Below the pieces are notes generated by a model, which was not told the DNA's origin, did not search any database, and saw only the letters and a list, made by a program, of their open reading frames with translations. DNA of 64,000 bases from an uncultured Candidatus Saccharibacteria bacterium (GTDB lineage: Bacteria > Patescibacteriota > Saccharimonadia > Saccharimonadales > JAGQNJ01). Position numbers and translations under genes: made by a program. The stretch's first letter is position 1; each line of letters begins with the position of its first letter. This document shows, in pieces, positions 7,754 to 15,913 of the stretch. The DNA is taken from NCBI GenBank assembly GCA_965231045.1, contig OZ246406.1, positions 514,208 through 578,207 of the forward strand, written 5' to 3'.

Positions 7754-7863
7754 TGGTACCCCGGGCAGGATTCGACTCACCTCCAGCGAGCCCGAAACTT
7801 CGTGATTGAAAACAAGTTTTCATCAGAAGGTTTCCTTGCGAACTGCCACCGGCAGTTCTCACC
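7754..7863 (-). ncRNA. Candidate structured RNA, copy A: an 88-nt conserved module ending in an exact copy of the 3' terminal 22 nt (with CCA) of tRNA-Arg
   Basis: 7754-7775 is identical to 7942-7963. 7776-7863 aligns to 18142-18230 with 75 of 89 columns identical in my hand alignment. The hairpins are conserved and show compensatory changes. Strand is inferred from tRNA orientation and flanking terminators. Confidence 0.5.
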
Positions 7864-7905
7864 ACGACCTTTAAGGTTCCCGAATCGAACCTTCACACAC
7901 TACAA

Positions 7906-7941
7906 TCCTCCACACTTTGCCAAAAGGCAAACAATGGAGGA
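7906..7941 (-). terminator. Hairpin abutting the CCA end of tRNA-Arg
   Basis: TCCTCCA..TTTGCC-AAAA-GGCAAA..TGGAGGA (plus-strand reading). On the minus strand it is followed by TTGTAGTGTGTG, a weak T-tract. Confidence 0.4.
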
Positions 7942-8018
7942 TGGTACCCCGGGCAGGATTCGAACCCGCGACCTTGACGTTAGAACCGTCTTGCTCTATC
8001 CAGCTGAGCTACCGGGGC
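7942..8018 (-). tRNA. tRNA-Arg (anticodon TCT), CCA encoded
   Basis: 77-nt cloverleaf: GCCCCGG TA GCTC AGCTGGATA GAGC A AGACG GTTCTAA CGTCA AGGTC GCGGG TTCGAAT CCTGC CCGGGGT A CCA. Confidence 0.9.
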
Positions 8019-8093
8019 TGGTGCGGGATGGGGTAGTCGAAACCCCATCTCAAGTTTGGAAAACTTGCATATTAGCCGTTATACGAATCCCGC
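8019..8093 (-). tRNA. tRNA-Gly (anticodon TCC), CCA encoded, directly abutting tRNA-Arg
   Basis: 75-nt cloverleaf: GCGGGAT TC GTAT AACGGCTA ATAT G CAAGT TTTCCAA ACTTG AGAT GGGGT TTCGACT ACCCC ATCCCGC A CCA. Confidence 0.9.
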
Positions 8094-8153
8094 TTGAACA
8101 CTGGGGAGGCTAGCGTATTTGCCACGCTTGCGACACCCGCATTGAACTACTAG

Positions 8154-8162
8154 ATTATACCA
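8154..8162 (-). promoter_or_regulatory. Putative extended -10 promoter (TGGTATAAT) for the tRNA-Gly/tRNA-Arg unit
   Basis: The minus strand reads AACACTTTTCAATCTGGTATAATC about 55-60 nt upstream of the tRNA-Gly 5' end. The AACACTTTTCA..TATAATC string is shared with the tRNA-Pro upstream region. Confidence 0.35.
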
Positions 8163-8189
8163 GATTGAAAAGTGTTAGATGATAAATAA

Positions 8190-8582
8190 TTGACCGCTTA
8201 TGATTACTTTGACAAAATATCTTCAATGGATTCAGAAATTTTCAAAAGCATCATTGAATTTGTTAGTACCGTACTGGATGTTATTGGTGTATTTATAATC
8301 ATCGGTGGCTTTACATTATCTACCATCCGTCTAGCCAAAAAAATATTCATTTCTAAAGATCATATACTATATAAGATATATCGACGGGGTCTGGCAAATA
8401 GTATTTTGCTCGGTCTAGAGTTTTTGGTGGCCGGTGATATTATTCGAACTGTAGCTGCAGGTAAACTATCTCTGCAGCAAGCTGGCGTGTTGGCGATTAT
8501 CGTACTTATTCGTGCTTTACTTGACTGGCAATTCAACAAAGAAACCAGCGGCGATTGGGATTTAGACGAAAGTAATAAATAA
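8190..8582 (+). CDS. DUF1622-like small membrane protein
   Basis: 130-aa ORF with a TTG start in the track; an internal ATG at 8226 is an alternative. Hydrophobic helices and an LGLEFLVAGDIIRTV motif are typical of that family (from memory). Confidence 0.55.
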   Translation: MTAYDYFDKISSMDSEIFKSIIEFVSTVLDVIGVFIIIGGFTLSTIRLAKKIFISKDHILYKIYRRGLANSILLGLEFLVAGDIIRTVAAGKLSLQQAGVLAIIVLIRALLDWQFNKETSGDWDLDESNK

Positions 8583-8583
8583 T

Positions 8584-11010
8584 CTAGTGTTCGTTTAAGA
8601 TGCGCTGTATGTCGGGTGCATCAAATTGTATTGTTGAGCCAGGTGGCACATTGCCAGCCAGCATACGCTGAGCAACTAGATTTTCAACTGCTCGTTGAAC
8701 AACACGCCTTAGTGGCCGGGCACCAAGACGAGGATCGTAGCCTGTTTGGGCTAACAGCTGCTTTGCTGCAGGCGTAAGCGATACAACGACCTTTTGGGCC
8801 GACAGTCGCTTGTTTAGTGAATTCATCAACAGATCAACAACTTGCATAAGTTCATCTGTGGTAAGTGGCCTAAATAGTATTATTTCATCAAAACGGTTTA
8901 AGAATTCTGGGCGGAATGTATTTGAATCAATTAGCTCATTAACAAACGCTTCTTCAAATTGCTCAAGTTGCTCACCCTTCTGAATGTGGGCACGAATGCG
9001 ATCCGCACCAGCGTTACTTGTCGCGATAATAATCGCATCGCGGAAACTAACCGGCTTGTTCTGGGCATCACGCAACATTCCTTCGTCGAGCATTTGCAGA
9101 AGGAGGTTCAAAACATTTGGATGGGCCTTTTCGATTTCATCCAAGAGAACAACGCTAAAAGGCTGTTTGGCGATTTGTGCACACAAACTATATGGATCAG
9201 TACCGCCAGTAGCCAACAAACGCGTTGTGTCATTGGGCTGAGAAAATTCATTGAGGTCAATCCGAACCATTCGTTCTTCACCACCAAAATAAACCGCGGC
9301 CAAAGATTTAGATAGCTCTGTCTTACCTACACCTGTTGGACCAAGGAATAAGAAAGTTCCGATGGGCTTATTCTCGTTGCGCACACCTGCACGTGCACGA
9401 CGCAGGGCATCGCTAACAAGTTTAACCGCTCGAGTCTGGTTGATCATTCTTTGGTGAATTCGATTCTCTAGTGATAGCAAGACGTCGCGCTCTTCTTGGG
9501 TATCAGCACTTTGAACTTTTACATCAAAAGTCTTTTCAACTGCCTCTTTGACCGAACGGCTACTGATGAATACTTTTTGTTCAGGAAAACCTGAGGCCGC
9601 TTCTAGTAACTTAATAGCTTTACCAGGAAAGGCTTGTTCGTGTATGAAACGGTCGGCAAGTTTGTAGGCCTCTTTTAATGTTTGGTGCATATAAACAACA
9701 TGGTGTTGAGCCTCGAGTAAAATAATCTGGTCTTCCATTATTCGAACCGTGTCGTGTAGATCGAGCGGCTTAACAATTACGCGATTCATCATTTGAGCCA
9801 GCCCAGGATTATTTTGACTGAGTCGCACCCATTCTTGATCGTTTAGCGAAAGGATAATCCTAAGTGCACCGCCCTCGATAACCGGCAACAACAAGTTTGA
9901 TAAATCTACGGCTCCCGTTCCTTCGCGCAAGAAAAGTTGTGCTTCGTCCAAAAATAGAATGACATTTTTGGCGGCAATGGCTTCATTAAACAAATGGATC
10001 AATAGTTCTTCGAGTTGTCCCCTGCCCTTGGCATTGGCAATTAAGTTAGCGGCATCGAGCTCAATAACCTGATGATACCTAAGATCTGCGGGAACGCTTT
10101 TTGGATTCTCTAACAGTCGCTGGGTCAGCGTATGTACAATCGTAGTTTTACCAACCCCAACTTCACCAACCAAAACCGCATTGCGTCTACCTGGCTGAGC
10201 CAGTAAATGAAAAACTTGATCAATAACTTGGTCATGTGCCTGAACCGAGCGGCGAAGTAATCCACCATTCTCAATGTTTTCAGTTATATTAAATCCAACG
10301 CTGTTTAGAAGTGGTGCCCAGCCAAAGGCCAAATCGCGTCCAATTCCACCGTAGCTTCGGCGTTGTTGATGATATTCGATAACTTTATTTATATGAACAA
10401 ACCAAGCTACTCCTGCAAGAATGTCTTCGCCATCGATTTGAAGTGGAGCAAGTACAGCGTCATAATTTGGTATCGCATATATAAGAGCGGCCATTGTAAT
10501 TCCGCTGTCAATTTCTGTAACTTTCAAGCTATCAGCCAAAAAGATGGCATTATGCCATATCTTAACTGTTGAGCGTTGATCATCGTTGGAAAGCTGTTGT
10601 ATAAAGTTTGCGCTAACCCCAAAACGGCTGGCATAAAAATACCCGCCTCGTTGTTTGCTCATAATCTTGGCGATATCTTTTGGCGACATATTTGGCTTAA
10701 GCAAGGCTAGTATGTGGCGGCTGATGACCTGTGAGGCATCTGTAACATTTGTCATCGGTTGAGTAGCTGGCAAGTGTTTTAGCTCTCCGTTGTACCAGAT
10801 CAACATAACAGCCAGTGGTCCAACCAAAACCAACAACAAATGAGCAACTATGACCCCTTGGAACATGGCAAACCAACCCCATGCTACGAGCAGAGTAATA
10901 ATGATCACCCCGAAGCCTATTCTCAGGGCGCGGTTATCAAATGGCGCCCCAAAGCGAGCTTTTTTAGCACGGGAAGAATTAAGATTACAAACGAGTTCTT
11001 GTTCGCTCAT
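8584..11010 (-). CDS. Membrane-anchored double-AAA+ Clp/Hsp100-family ATPase (ClpB/ClpC-like, no obvious ClpP-docking loop)
   Basis: Two Walker A sites (GEVGVGKTTIV and GPTGVGKTELSK), Walker B ILFLDEAQLF and VVLLDEIEKAH, and a sensor GARPLRR. The N-terminus carries two hydrophobic helices (IGFGVIIITLLVAWGWFAMF, VIVAHLLLVLVGPLAVMLIW) ahead of Clp-N-like repeats. No IGF/VGF tripeptide was seen after SNAG. Confidence 0.85.
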   Translation of the reverse strand: MSEQELVCNLNSSRAKKARFGAPFDNRALRIGFGVIIITLLVAWGWFAMFQGVIVAHLLLVLVGPLAVMLIWYNGELKHLPATQPMTNVTDASQVISRHILALLKPNMSPKDIAKIMSKQRGGYFYASRFGVSANFIQQLSNDDQRSTVKIWHNAIFLADSLKVTEIDSGITMAALIYAIPNYDAVLAPLQIDGEDILAGVAWFVHINKVIEYHQQRRSYGGIGRDLAFGWAPLLNSVGFNITENIENGGLLRRSVQAHDQVIDQVFHLLAQPGRRNAVLVGEVGVGKTTIVHTLTQRLLENPKSVPADLRYHQVIELDAANLIANAKGRGQLEELLIHLFNEAIAAKNVILFLDEAQLFLREGTGAVDLSNLLLPVIEGGALRIILSLNDQEWVRLSQNNPGLAQMMNRVIVKPLDLHDTVRIMEDQIILLEAQHHVVYMHQTLKEAYKLADRFIHEQAFPGKAIKLLEAASGFPEQKVFISSRSVKEAVEKTFDVKVQSADTQEERDVLLSLENRIHQRMINQTRAVKLVSDALRRARAGVRNENKPIGTFLFLGPTGVGKTELSKSLAAVYFGGEERMVRIDLNEFSQPNDTTRLLATGGTDPYSLCAQIAKQPFSVVLLDEIEKAHPNVLNLLLQMLDEGMLRDAQNKPVSFRDAIIIATSNAGADRIRAHIQKGEQLEQFEEAFVNELIDSNTFRPEFLNRFDEIILFRPLTTDELMQVVDLLMNSLNKRLSAQKVVVSLTPAAKQLLAQTGYDPRLGARPLRRVVQRAVENLVAQRMLAGNVPPGSTIQFDAPDIQRILNEH

Positions 11011-11384
11011 AACTTAACCCCCATGCTCATCATGGCAAACCCAATAACTGGCAACAGTGGAATGAACGGCCAGATAATAAGTGTACAAATCGCCACTACG
11101 AATACAACCATTAATCCCACAAGTGACATACAAATAAGAAAGAATCTAACGATAAAGCCGATCACTCGTGAAATTAAGGTGTCGAAAAAGGCTCGAAGCC
11201 TAACTTCTAATGAGCCTTTGACCTTACCGGCAAAAGTTTGTCGATACGGAGCAAACAGTGTTCTCAGCAGATCTGAGGTTGAAAATGTCTCTAGAACCCA
11301 GTTGCTACGATTCACGAGAACACTCTGCAATACCCACTGCCAGCCTGCGCCGTACCACCAGCGTAGACATAAAAAGACTACCAT
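11007..11384 (-). CDS. Small multi-pass membrane protein, translationally coupled to the AAA+ ATPase
   Basis: 125 aa, hydrophobic. Its stop overlaps the ATPase start (4-nt overlap). Confidence 0.55.
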   Translation of the reverse strand: MVVFLCLRWWYGAGWQWVLQSVLVNRSNWVLETFSTSDLLRTLFAPYRQTFAGKVKGSLEVRLRAFFDTLISRVIGFIVRFFLICMSLVGLMVVFVVAICTLIIWPFIPLLPVIGFAMMSMGVKL

Positions 11385-11467
11385 AAGCAGTATTTTAGCA
11401 TGTTATCCCTGTTATAATATATACAAGACAAATGTATTATATTAACCAACAAGGGAGTATATAAAAA

Positions 11468-13312
11468 GTGCTGAAAAAAGTTAGTGATTTCTTTAAAGAA
11501 TACCTACATTTTGGTCTGGTAGTCATCGCGATAATAATCTCCGTAATTCTAGTCCTGACAGGTTATAGTAAAGCTTCTCACATATTACTTGGAGCTACTG
11601 CCTTAATCTCTGCATTACCGATTCTTTGGGATATTTATCAATCTCTAAGGCGTGGCGAATATGGTGTGGATATTTTGGCCGCTACGGCAATTATTACATC
11701 TGTGTTATTAGGAGAAGTATGGGCGGGCATCATAATCGTCTTGATGCTAACGGGTGGCGAAGCACTCGAGGATTATGCTGAAAAACGAGCCAAGAGTGAG
11801 CTCAGTGCCTTAATGGACCGCGCGCCAAAACAAGCTCATGTAATTAAGGGCCGCAAAACTGTTGATGTCCCAGTTAAGAAAGTTCAAACTGGCGACAAGC
11901 TATTAATAAAACCTGGTGAAGTCGTCCCGGTCGATTGTGTAATTATTGAGGGTTCATCAAGTTTGGATGAATCAAGCCTAACTGGTGAGCCGCTGCCAAT
12001 CGATAAAAAGGCAGGTGATCAACTACTCAGTGGTTCAATCAATCAGGAAAGTGCCCTGACTGTAAAAGCTCTGCATACATCAGAAGACAGTCAATATGAG
12101 CAAATCATAAAGTTGGTACAGGCCGCCTCTTCTAGTCAGTCACCTTTCGTTCGACTAGCCGATCGATATAGTATTCCATTTACAATTATTGCTTTTGCCA
12201 TTGCCGGTGGCGCTTGGGCAATATCAGGCGAAGTAATTCGATTCCTTGAAGTTTTGGTTGTGGCCACACCTTGTCCACTTATTCTTGGGGCACCTATTGC
12301 TCTTATATCTGGAATGAGTCGAGCTGCAAAACAAGGAATTATTATCAAAACCGGTGGATCTCTAGAGCGACTTGCTCAAACTCAAACAATAGCTTTCGAT
12401 AAGACAGGAACATTAACTAAAGGCGAACCGGTTGTTCATAAAATTACTGCTTTTGGTAAGTCCGACCAAAATGAAGTATTAGAACTAGCTGCGTCTGTCG
12501 AACAAAACTCAACCCACATTTTAGCCAAAGCAATTGTCGACAAGGCTAAAGAACATCAATTGAAATTACCTAAAATAAAAGGCGTACAAGAAATCCCTGG
12601 ACAAGGCCTAGCAGCAACTCTAAAGGGTCAAGAAATATACGTAGGAAAGCTTTCGTTCATGAAAGAAAAAGGTGTATCTATCACCAAGATTCCAACTAGT
12701 GTCCAAACTCAAACAGCGGCATATGTCGCCAAAGGCAACACCTTGCTTGGTGTTATAAATTTTGCTGATGAAATCCGAACCGAAACCAAATCGACGATAG
12801 CAAAACTAAAAGAATTGGGAATCAAACATTTCTTAATGGTGACTGGCGATAACAAAACAACAGCCAACAATATTGCTCGCAAACTAGGTATTGACCGTAT
12901 TGAGGCCGAGTGTTTACCTGCCGACAAATTACTGGCTGTCGAAAATATCAAAGAACGCCCGGTTGCTTTTGTGGGTGACGGAGTAAATGACGCCCCTGTG
13001 TTGACTGCTTCTGATGTTGGCATTGCTCTTGGCGCTAGAGGGTCAACTGCTGCTAGTGAATCTGCGGACGTCGTAATAATGCTCGATGATATATCCCGCG
13101 TTGGTGATTCATTAGAAATTTCAAAACGAACCCTGTTTATTGCCAAACAAAGTATCCTGATTGGTATATTCATAAGTATCGGTTTAATGTTCATCTTTGC
13201 CACCGGAAAGTTTAAGCCTGTTTATGGTGCAGTTATTCAGGAATTTGTTGATGTGACGGTCATAATTAATGCTCTAAGAGCCCACGGCTCGTGGTCAAAA
13301 ACCAAGTCTTAA
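11468..13312 (+). CDS. Heavy-metal P1B-type ATPase, PCP-motif subtype, with no N-terminal metal-binding domain
   Basis: DKTGTLT, TGDN and GDGVNDAP motifs. The transmembrane metal-site motif is ATPCPL (PCP rather than CPC/SPC). GTG start preceded by AAGGGAG. Confidence 0.9.
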   Translation: MLKKVSDFFKEYLHFGLVVIAIIISVILVLTGYSKASHILLGATALISALPILWDIYQSLRRGEYGVDILAATAIITSVLLGEVWAGIIIVLMLTGGEALEDYAEKRAKSELSALMDRAPKQAHVIKGRKTVDVPVKKVQTGDKLLIKPGEVVPVDCVIIEGSSSLDESSLTGEPLPIDKKAGDQLLSGSINQESALTVKALHTSEDSQYEQIIKLVQAASSSQSPFVRLADRYSIPFTIIAFAIAGGAWAISGEVIRFLEVLVVATPCPLILGAPIALISGMSRAAKQGIIIKTGGSLERLAQTQTIAFDKTGTLTKGEPVVHKITAFGKSDQNEVLELAASVEQNSTHILAKAIVDKAKEHQLKLPKIKGVQEIPGQGLAATLKGQEIYVGKLSFMKEKGVSITKIPTSVQTQTAAYVAKGNTLLGVINFADEIRTETKSTIAKLKELGIKHFLMVTGDNKTTANNIARKLGIDRIEAECLPADKLLAVENIKERPVAFVGDGVNDAPVLTASDVGIALGARGSTAASESADVVIMLDDISRVGDSLEISKRTLFIAKQSILIGIFISIGLMFIFATGKFKPVYGAVIQEFVDVTVIINALRAHGSWSKTKS

Positions 13313-13968
13313 CTTACGCGTTGCAAAACACTAAGAATTAGTGCCACAAAAACAGGCACAGTAACATTATCGATGCCAAATATCGATATGCTCTCCAGCA
13401 ATGCCGCGGAAACGGGCATTAGAACTAAAAGTGGCGCAGCCACAATGGCAAGCTGATCGGGCAAATATGTAATAAGTGCCGATATAATTACCAATGATGT
13501 CATCCAAAATGCAATACTGCCTGCCCAACTTTTCTTTTGCCCCAAAATAGAGTAACTGTATTTTTTCCCGAATTTATTACCAATGATAGCGGCCATGCCA
13601 TCACCAATACTAAGGTGAAGTATTGCAGCCGTGAATATCCATGGAGATGACGAAACGTAAGTCGCAACCAAAATACCGATCGGGAAAAATATATCACCGA
13701 CTGTTCTTCTTTTAACACTATGGACTGATTTAAATACATGTAAATGTCGGTCAATAATAACTACAACCAAGAATGCTAAGCAAAGAATTCTAATTTGATC
13801 CCATGTTAAATATATCGGCCAGAAAGCAACAAAGGTTCCGACACTCATGTGCACAAACTTTCGCGCTAATTCCCCTTTGATGTGTTTTTTGCGACGCAGG
13901 TACTCTGCAAGTAACAGAAGTAAAAATACTGCCAGCAATGTAATCGCCATGGAAATCATGCCTAACAT
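13309..13968 (-). CDS. Polyprenol/dolichol (phytol) kinase-type CTP-dependent membrane kinase, cytidylyltransferase family
   Basis: 219 aa, multi-pass. Motifs RKFVHMSVG, RRTVGDIFFP, IGDGMAAIIGNKFGK and KSWAGS resemble the CdsA/dolichol-kinase superfamily. Confidence 0.55.
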   Translation of the reverse strand: MLGMISMAITLLAVFLLLLLAEYLRRKKHIKGELARKFVHMSVGTFVAFWPIYLTWDQIRILCLAFLVVVIIDRHLHVFKSVHSVKRRTVGDIFFPIGILVATYVSSSPWIFTAAILHLSIGDGMAAIIGNKFGKKYSYSILGQKKSWAGSIAFWMTSLVIISALITYLPDQLAIVAAPLLVLMPVSAALLESISIFGIDNVTVPVFVALILSVLQRVS

Positions 13969-14041
13969 TGTACGCCTTTTCTGTGTTTAGAAAGCAGTTT
14001 TTTCATACAATCATTCCTGTTATACTTAACTTATACTTATT

Positions 14042-15895
14042 ATGATTTTGGGGAATAAAAAATTACCGCTGGTTATTGGGATAGGGCTACTTACCTTCTC
14101 CGGGGTTTTATTATTCTCCCCGCACAAAGCCTTGGCCGCAACATTTACTGTGAATTCTACCGGCGACGCTAGTGATGCCGTTGCAGGTGATGGTAACTGT
14201 GATGATGGTGGCGGCAACTGTACATTACGCGCTGCAATTCAGGAGACCAATGCTCTTGTTGGTGCTGATACAATCAATTTCAATATTGCTGGAAGTGGCC
14301 TGCACACAATTAGTCCAGCAACAGTATATCCAGACATAGGAGACTCATTGACTATTGATGGTTCGACCCAATCTGGAGCAAGTTGTGGCACGCTTGTACC
14401 AACAAACCTACCGGCAACTTCAAACACACCTCATAACTTACTAGTAGAAATAGACCTTAGTAATTTAGTGGGCGGGAATGGGTTTACCTTAAATGGCAAT
14501 GCAGGCAATACAACAATTCGTGGACTAATTTTAAACGGCATAGTGAATGGTGGCGCAATAGTTAATAATGGTGCGCCAGTCACAACTATAGAGTGTAATT
14601 ATTTTGGCACCAATGCATCAGGCACTACGGCTGTACCAAATAATTATTCCGCAATAATCTTTAACTCAATAAATGTTACCACTATTCAAAATAATCTTAT
14701 TTCAGGATCAGGCTCTGCCATCAATGGAAGCGGTTCAAATCTTACTATTAGTAATAACCTTATAGGTACAAACGCTGCCGGCACAAGTTCTCTTGGCGCT
14801 AATGCAAGTGGAATATCTGGTACTTTTAGCACCGCTCTTATACAACATAATGTTGTCGTTGGTAGTGTAAATGATGGCCTGTTCATAGTCGGTGACAATT
14901 TTGATATCAAAGGTAATTACATTGGTGCTGGTCTATCTGGTAATGCGCTTGGTAATGGTGGCTCAGGTATAACCGTTTACTCTAGCAGTAACTTCAGGAT
15001 AGGCGGCACGACTGACGCTGATAGAAACATCATATCTGCAAATACCGGGGATGGTATACACATTTACTCCAACTGTGGTGGAGGGGCTGTTTACTTGTCG
15101 ATGATATTTGGTAATTATGTTGGGACAAAGACCGACGGGACAGTTGCCAATGGCTATGGTAATCATCAAGCAGGTATAGAAGTTAATGAATACCAAGGTT
15201 CATGCGGGTCTGTTTACCAGCATCAAATTGGTGGCGATAATGCCGGTGAGGCAAATATTATTGCTGGGAATGATCAACAAGGAGTATTAATTCATCAAGA
15301 TAATAATCACGATGTATTTAGCATTGCGGTTTTACACAATAAAATATTTGGAAATGGCCAGATCGGAATTGATCTTGCTAATGATGCAGGTGGTGATGGA
15401 GTTGCAACCGATGATTTAGGGCCAAACCCACTTAATGGTCTGCACATTACATATCCAACCGCCAACAGCAATAACTACTTAAACCGACCGACTGTAAACT
15501 CTTCGGTCTATAGCTCTGGAAAGCTTACAGTAAACTATAACTTCATAGCAAACTTAGTTGATGATAGCGGTGATGGTTTCAGTATGCTAGCAAAAGATCT
15601 TGTCGGGTACCGTTTAGATTTTTATATAAATGATAATGCAACTGATGGTGCCTTTCCAGGTTATGCCCAGCAGCAAACCTATTTAGGAAGCTTCATTATT
15701 GACGGAAATGCAACAAATGCAACTCATACATTTGATTTGCCATCATACAAGAATGGTCAAACGATTACCGCAACTGCAACTCTGCTTTGGACAAAAACAC
15801 CAGGTGACGCAACAATACCGCAAGGTTGTAACGGTACATCTGAGAGAACTGGGAATAGTCCACCATATAGTTATCTTAATAGTTGCCCGAATTAA
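14042..15895 (+). CDS. Secreted right-handed parallel beta-helix repeat protein with an N-terminal CSLREA-type motif
   Basis: Signal peptide (..LLFSPHKALA|AT), motif GNCTLRAAIQETNA, and many G/N/I-rich pseudo-repeats (NNLISGSGSAINGSGSNLTISNNLIGTN..). No C-terminal anchor. Confidence 0.7.
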   Translation: MILGNKKLPLVIGIGLLTFSGVLLFSPHKALAATFTVNSTGDASDAVAGDGNCDDGGGNCTLRAAIQETNALVGADTINFNIAGSGLHTISPATVYPDIGDSLTIDGSTQSGASCGTLVPTNLPATSNTPHNLLVEIDLSNLVGGNGFTLNGNAGNTTIRGLILNGIVNGGAIVNNGAPVTTIECNYFGTNASGTTAVPNNYSAIIFNSINVTTIQNNLISGSGSAINGSGSNLTISNNLIGTNAAGTSSLGANASGISGTFSTALIQHNVVVGSVNDGLFIVGDNFDIKGNYIGAGLSGNALGNGGSGITVYSSSNFRIGGTTDADRNIISANTGDGIHIYSNCGGGAVYLSMIFGNYVGTKTDGTVANGYGNHQAGIEVNEYQGSCGSVYQHQIGGDNAGEANIIAGNDQQGVLIHQDNNHDVFSIAVLHNKIFGNGQIGIDLANDAGGDGVATDDLGPNPLNGLHITYPTANSNNYLNRPTVNSSVYSSGKLTVNYNFIANLVDDSGDGFSMLAKDLVGYRLDFYINDNATDGAFPGYAQQQTYLGSFIIDGNATNATHTFDLPSYKNGQTITATATLLWTKTPGDATIPQGCNGTSERTGNSPPYSYLNSCPN

Positions 15896-15913
15896 GGGAA
15901 TTAAGGAGAACCT

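Noticed and set aside
7820-7826. CUGAUGA (hammerhead core-like) string in copy A of the tRNA-linked element, minus-strand reading.
   Set aside because: The homologous position in copy B reads CTCTTGA. The GAAA and cleavage-site context is not arranged as in a hammerhead, so this is probably coincidence.
7754-7863. Possibility that the tRNA-capped elements are tmRNA, SRP RNA, 6S RNA, RNase P RNA, or split or intron-containing tRNA genes.
   Set aside because: - tmRNA would need a tRNA-Ala-like end, a 5' acceptor partner and a tag ORF.
- The SRP domain IV motif (GGAA/AGCA loops) is absent.
- The size and conserved regions do not fit 6S or RNase P RNA.
- No D-arm or anticodon arm and no complementary 5' half was found, and intact tRNAs sit alongside.
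7641-8113. ORF-track entries 7641-7865 (minus, 74 aa) and 7802-8113 (plus, 103 aa).
   Set aside because: They run straight through tRNA-Arg, tRNA-Gly and the conserved structured element. They have no SD and give implausible, low-complexity translations, so they are treated as non-coding.
12709-13203. 164-aa ORF antisense to the P-type ATPase. Similar long shadow ORFs occur at 10840-11445, 24166-24639, 45247-45846, 50829-51308 and 57249-57776.
   Set aside because: All lie opposite or out of frame within strongly supported genes. Their compositions are Ser/Leu/Ile-rich and low in complexity, typical of antisense frames, and they lack ribosome-binding sites.
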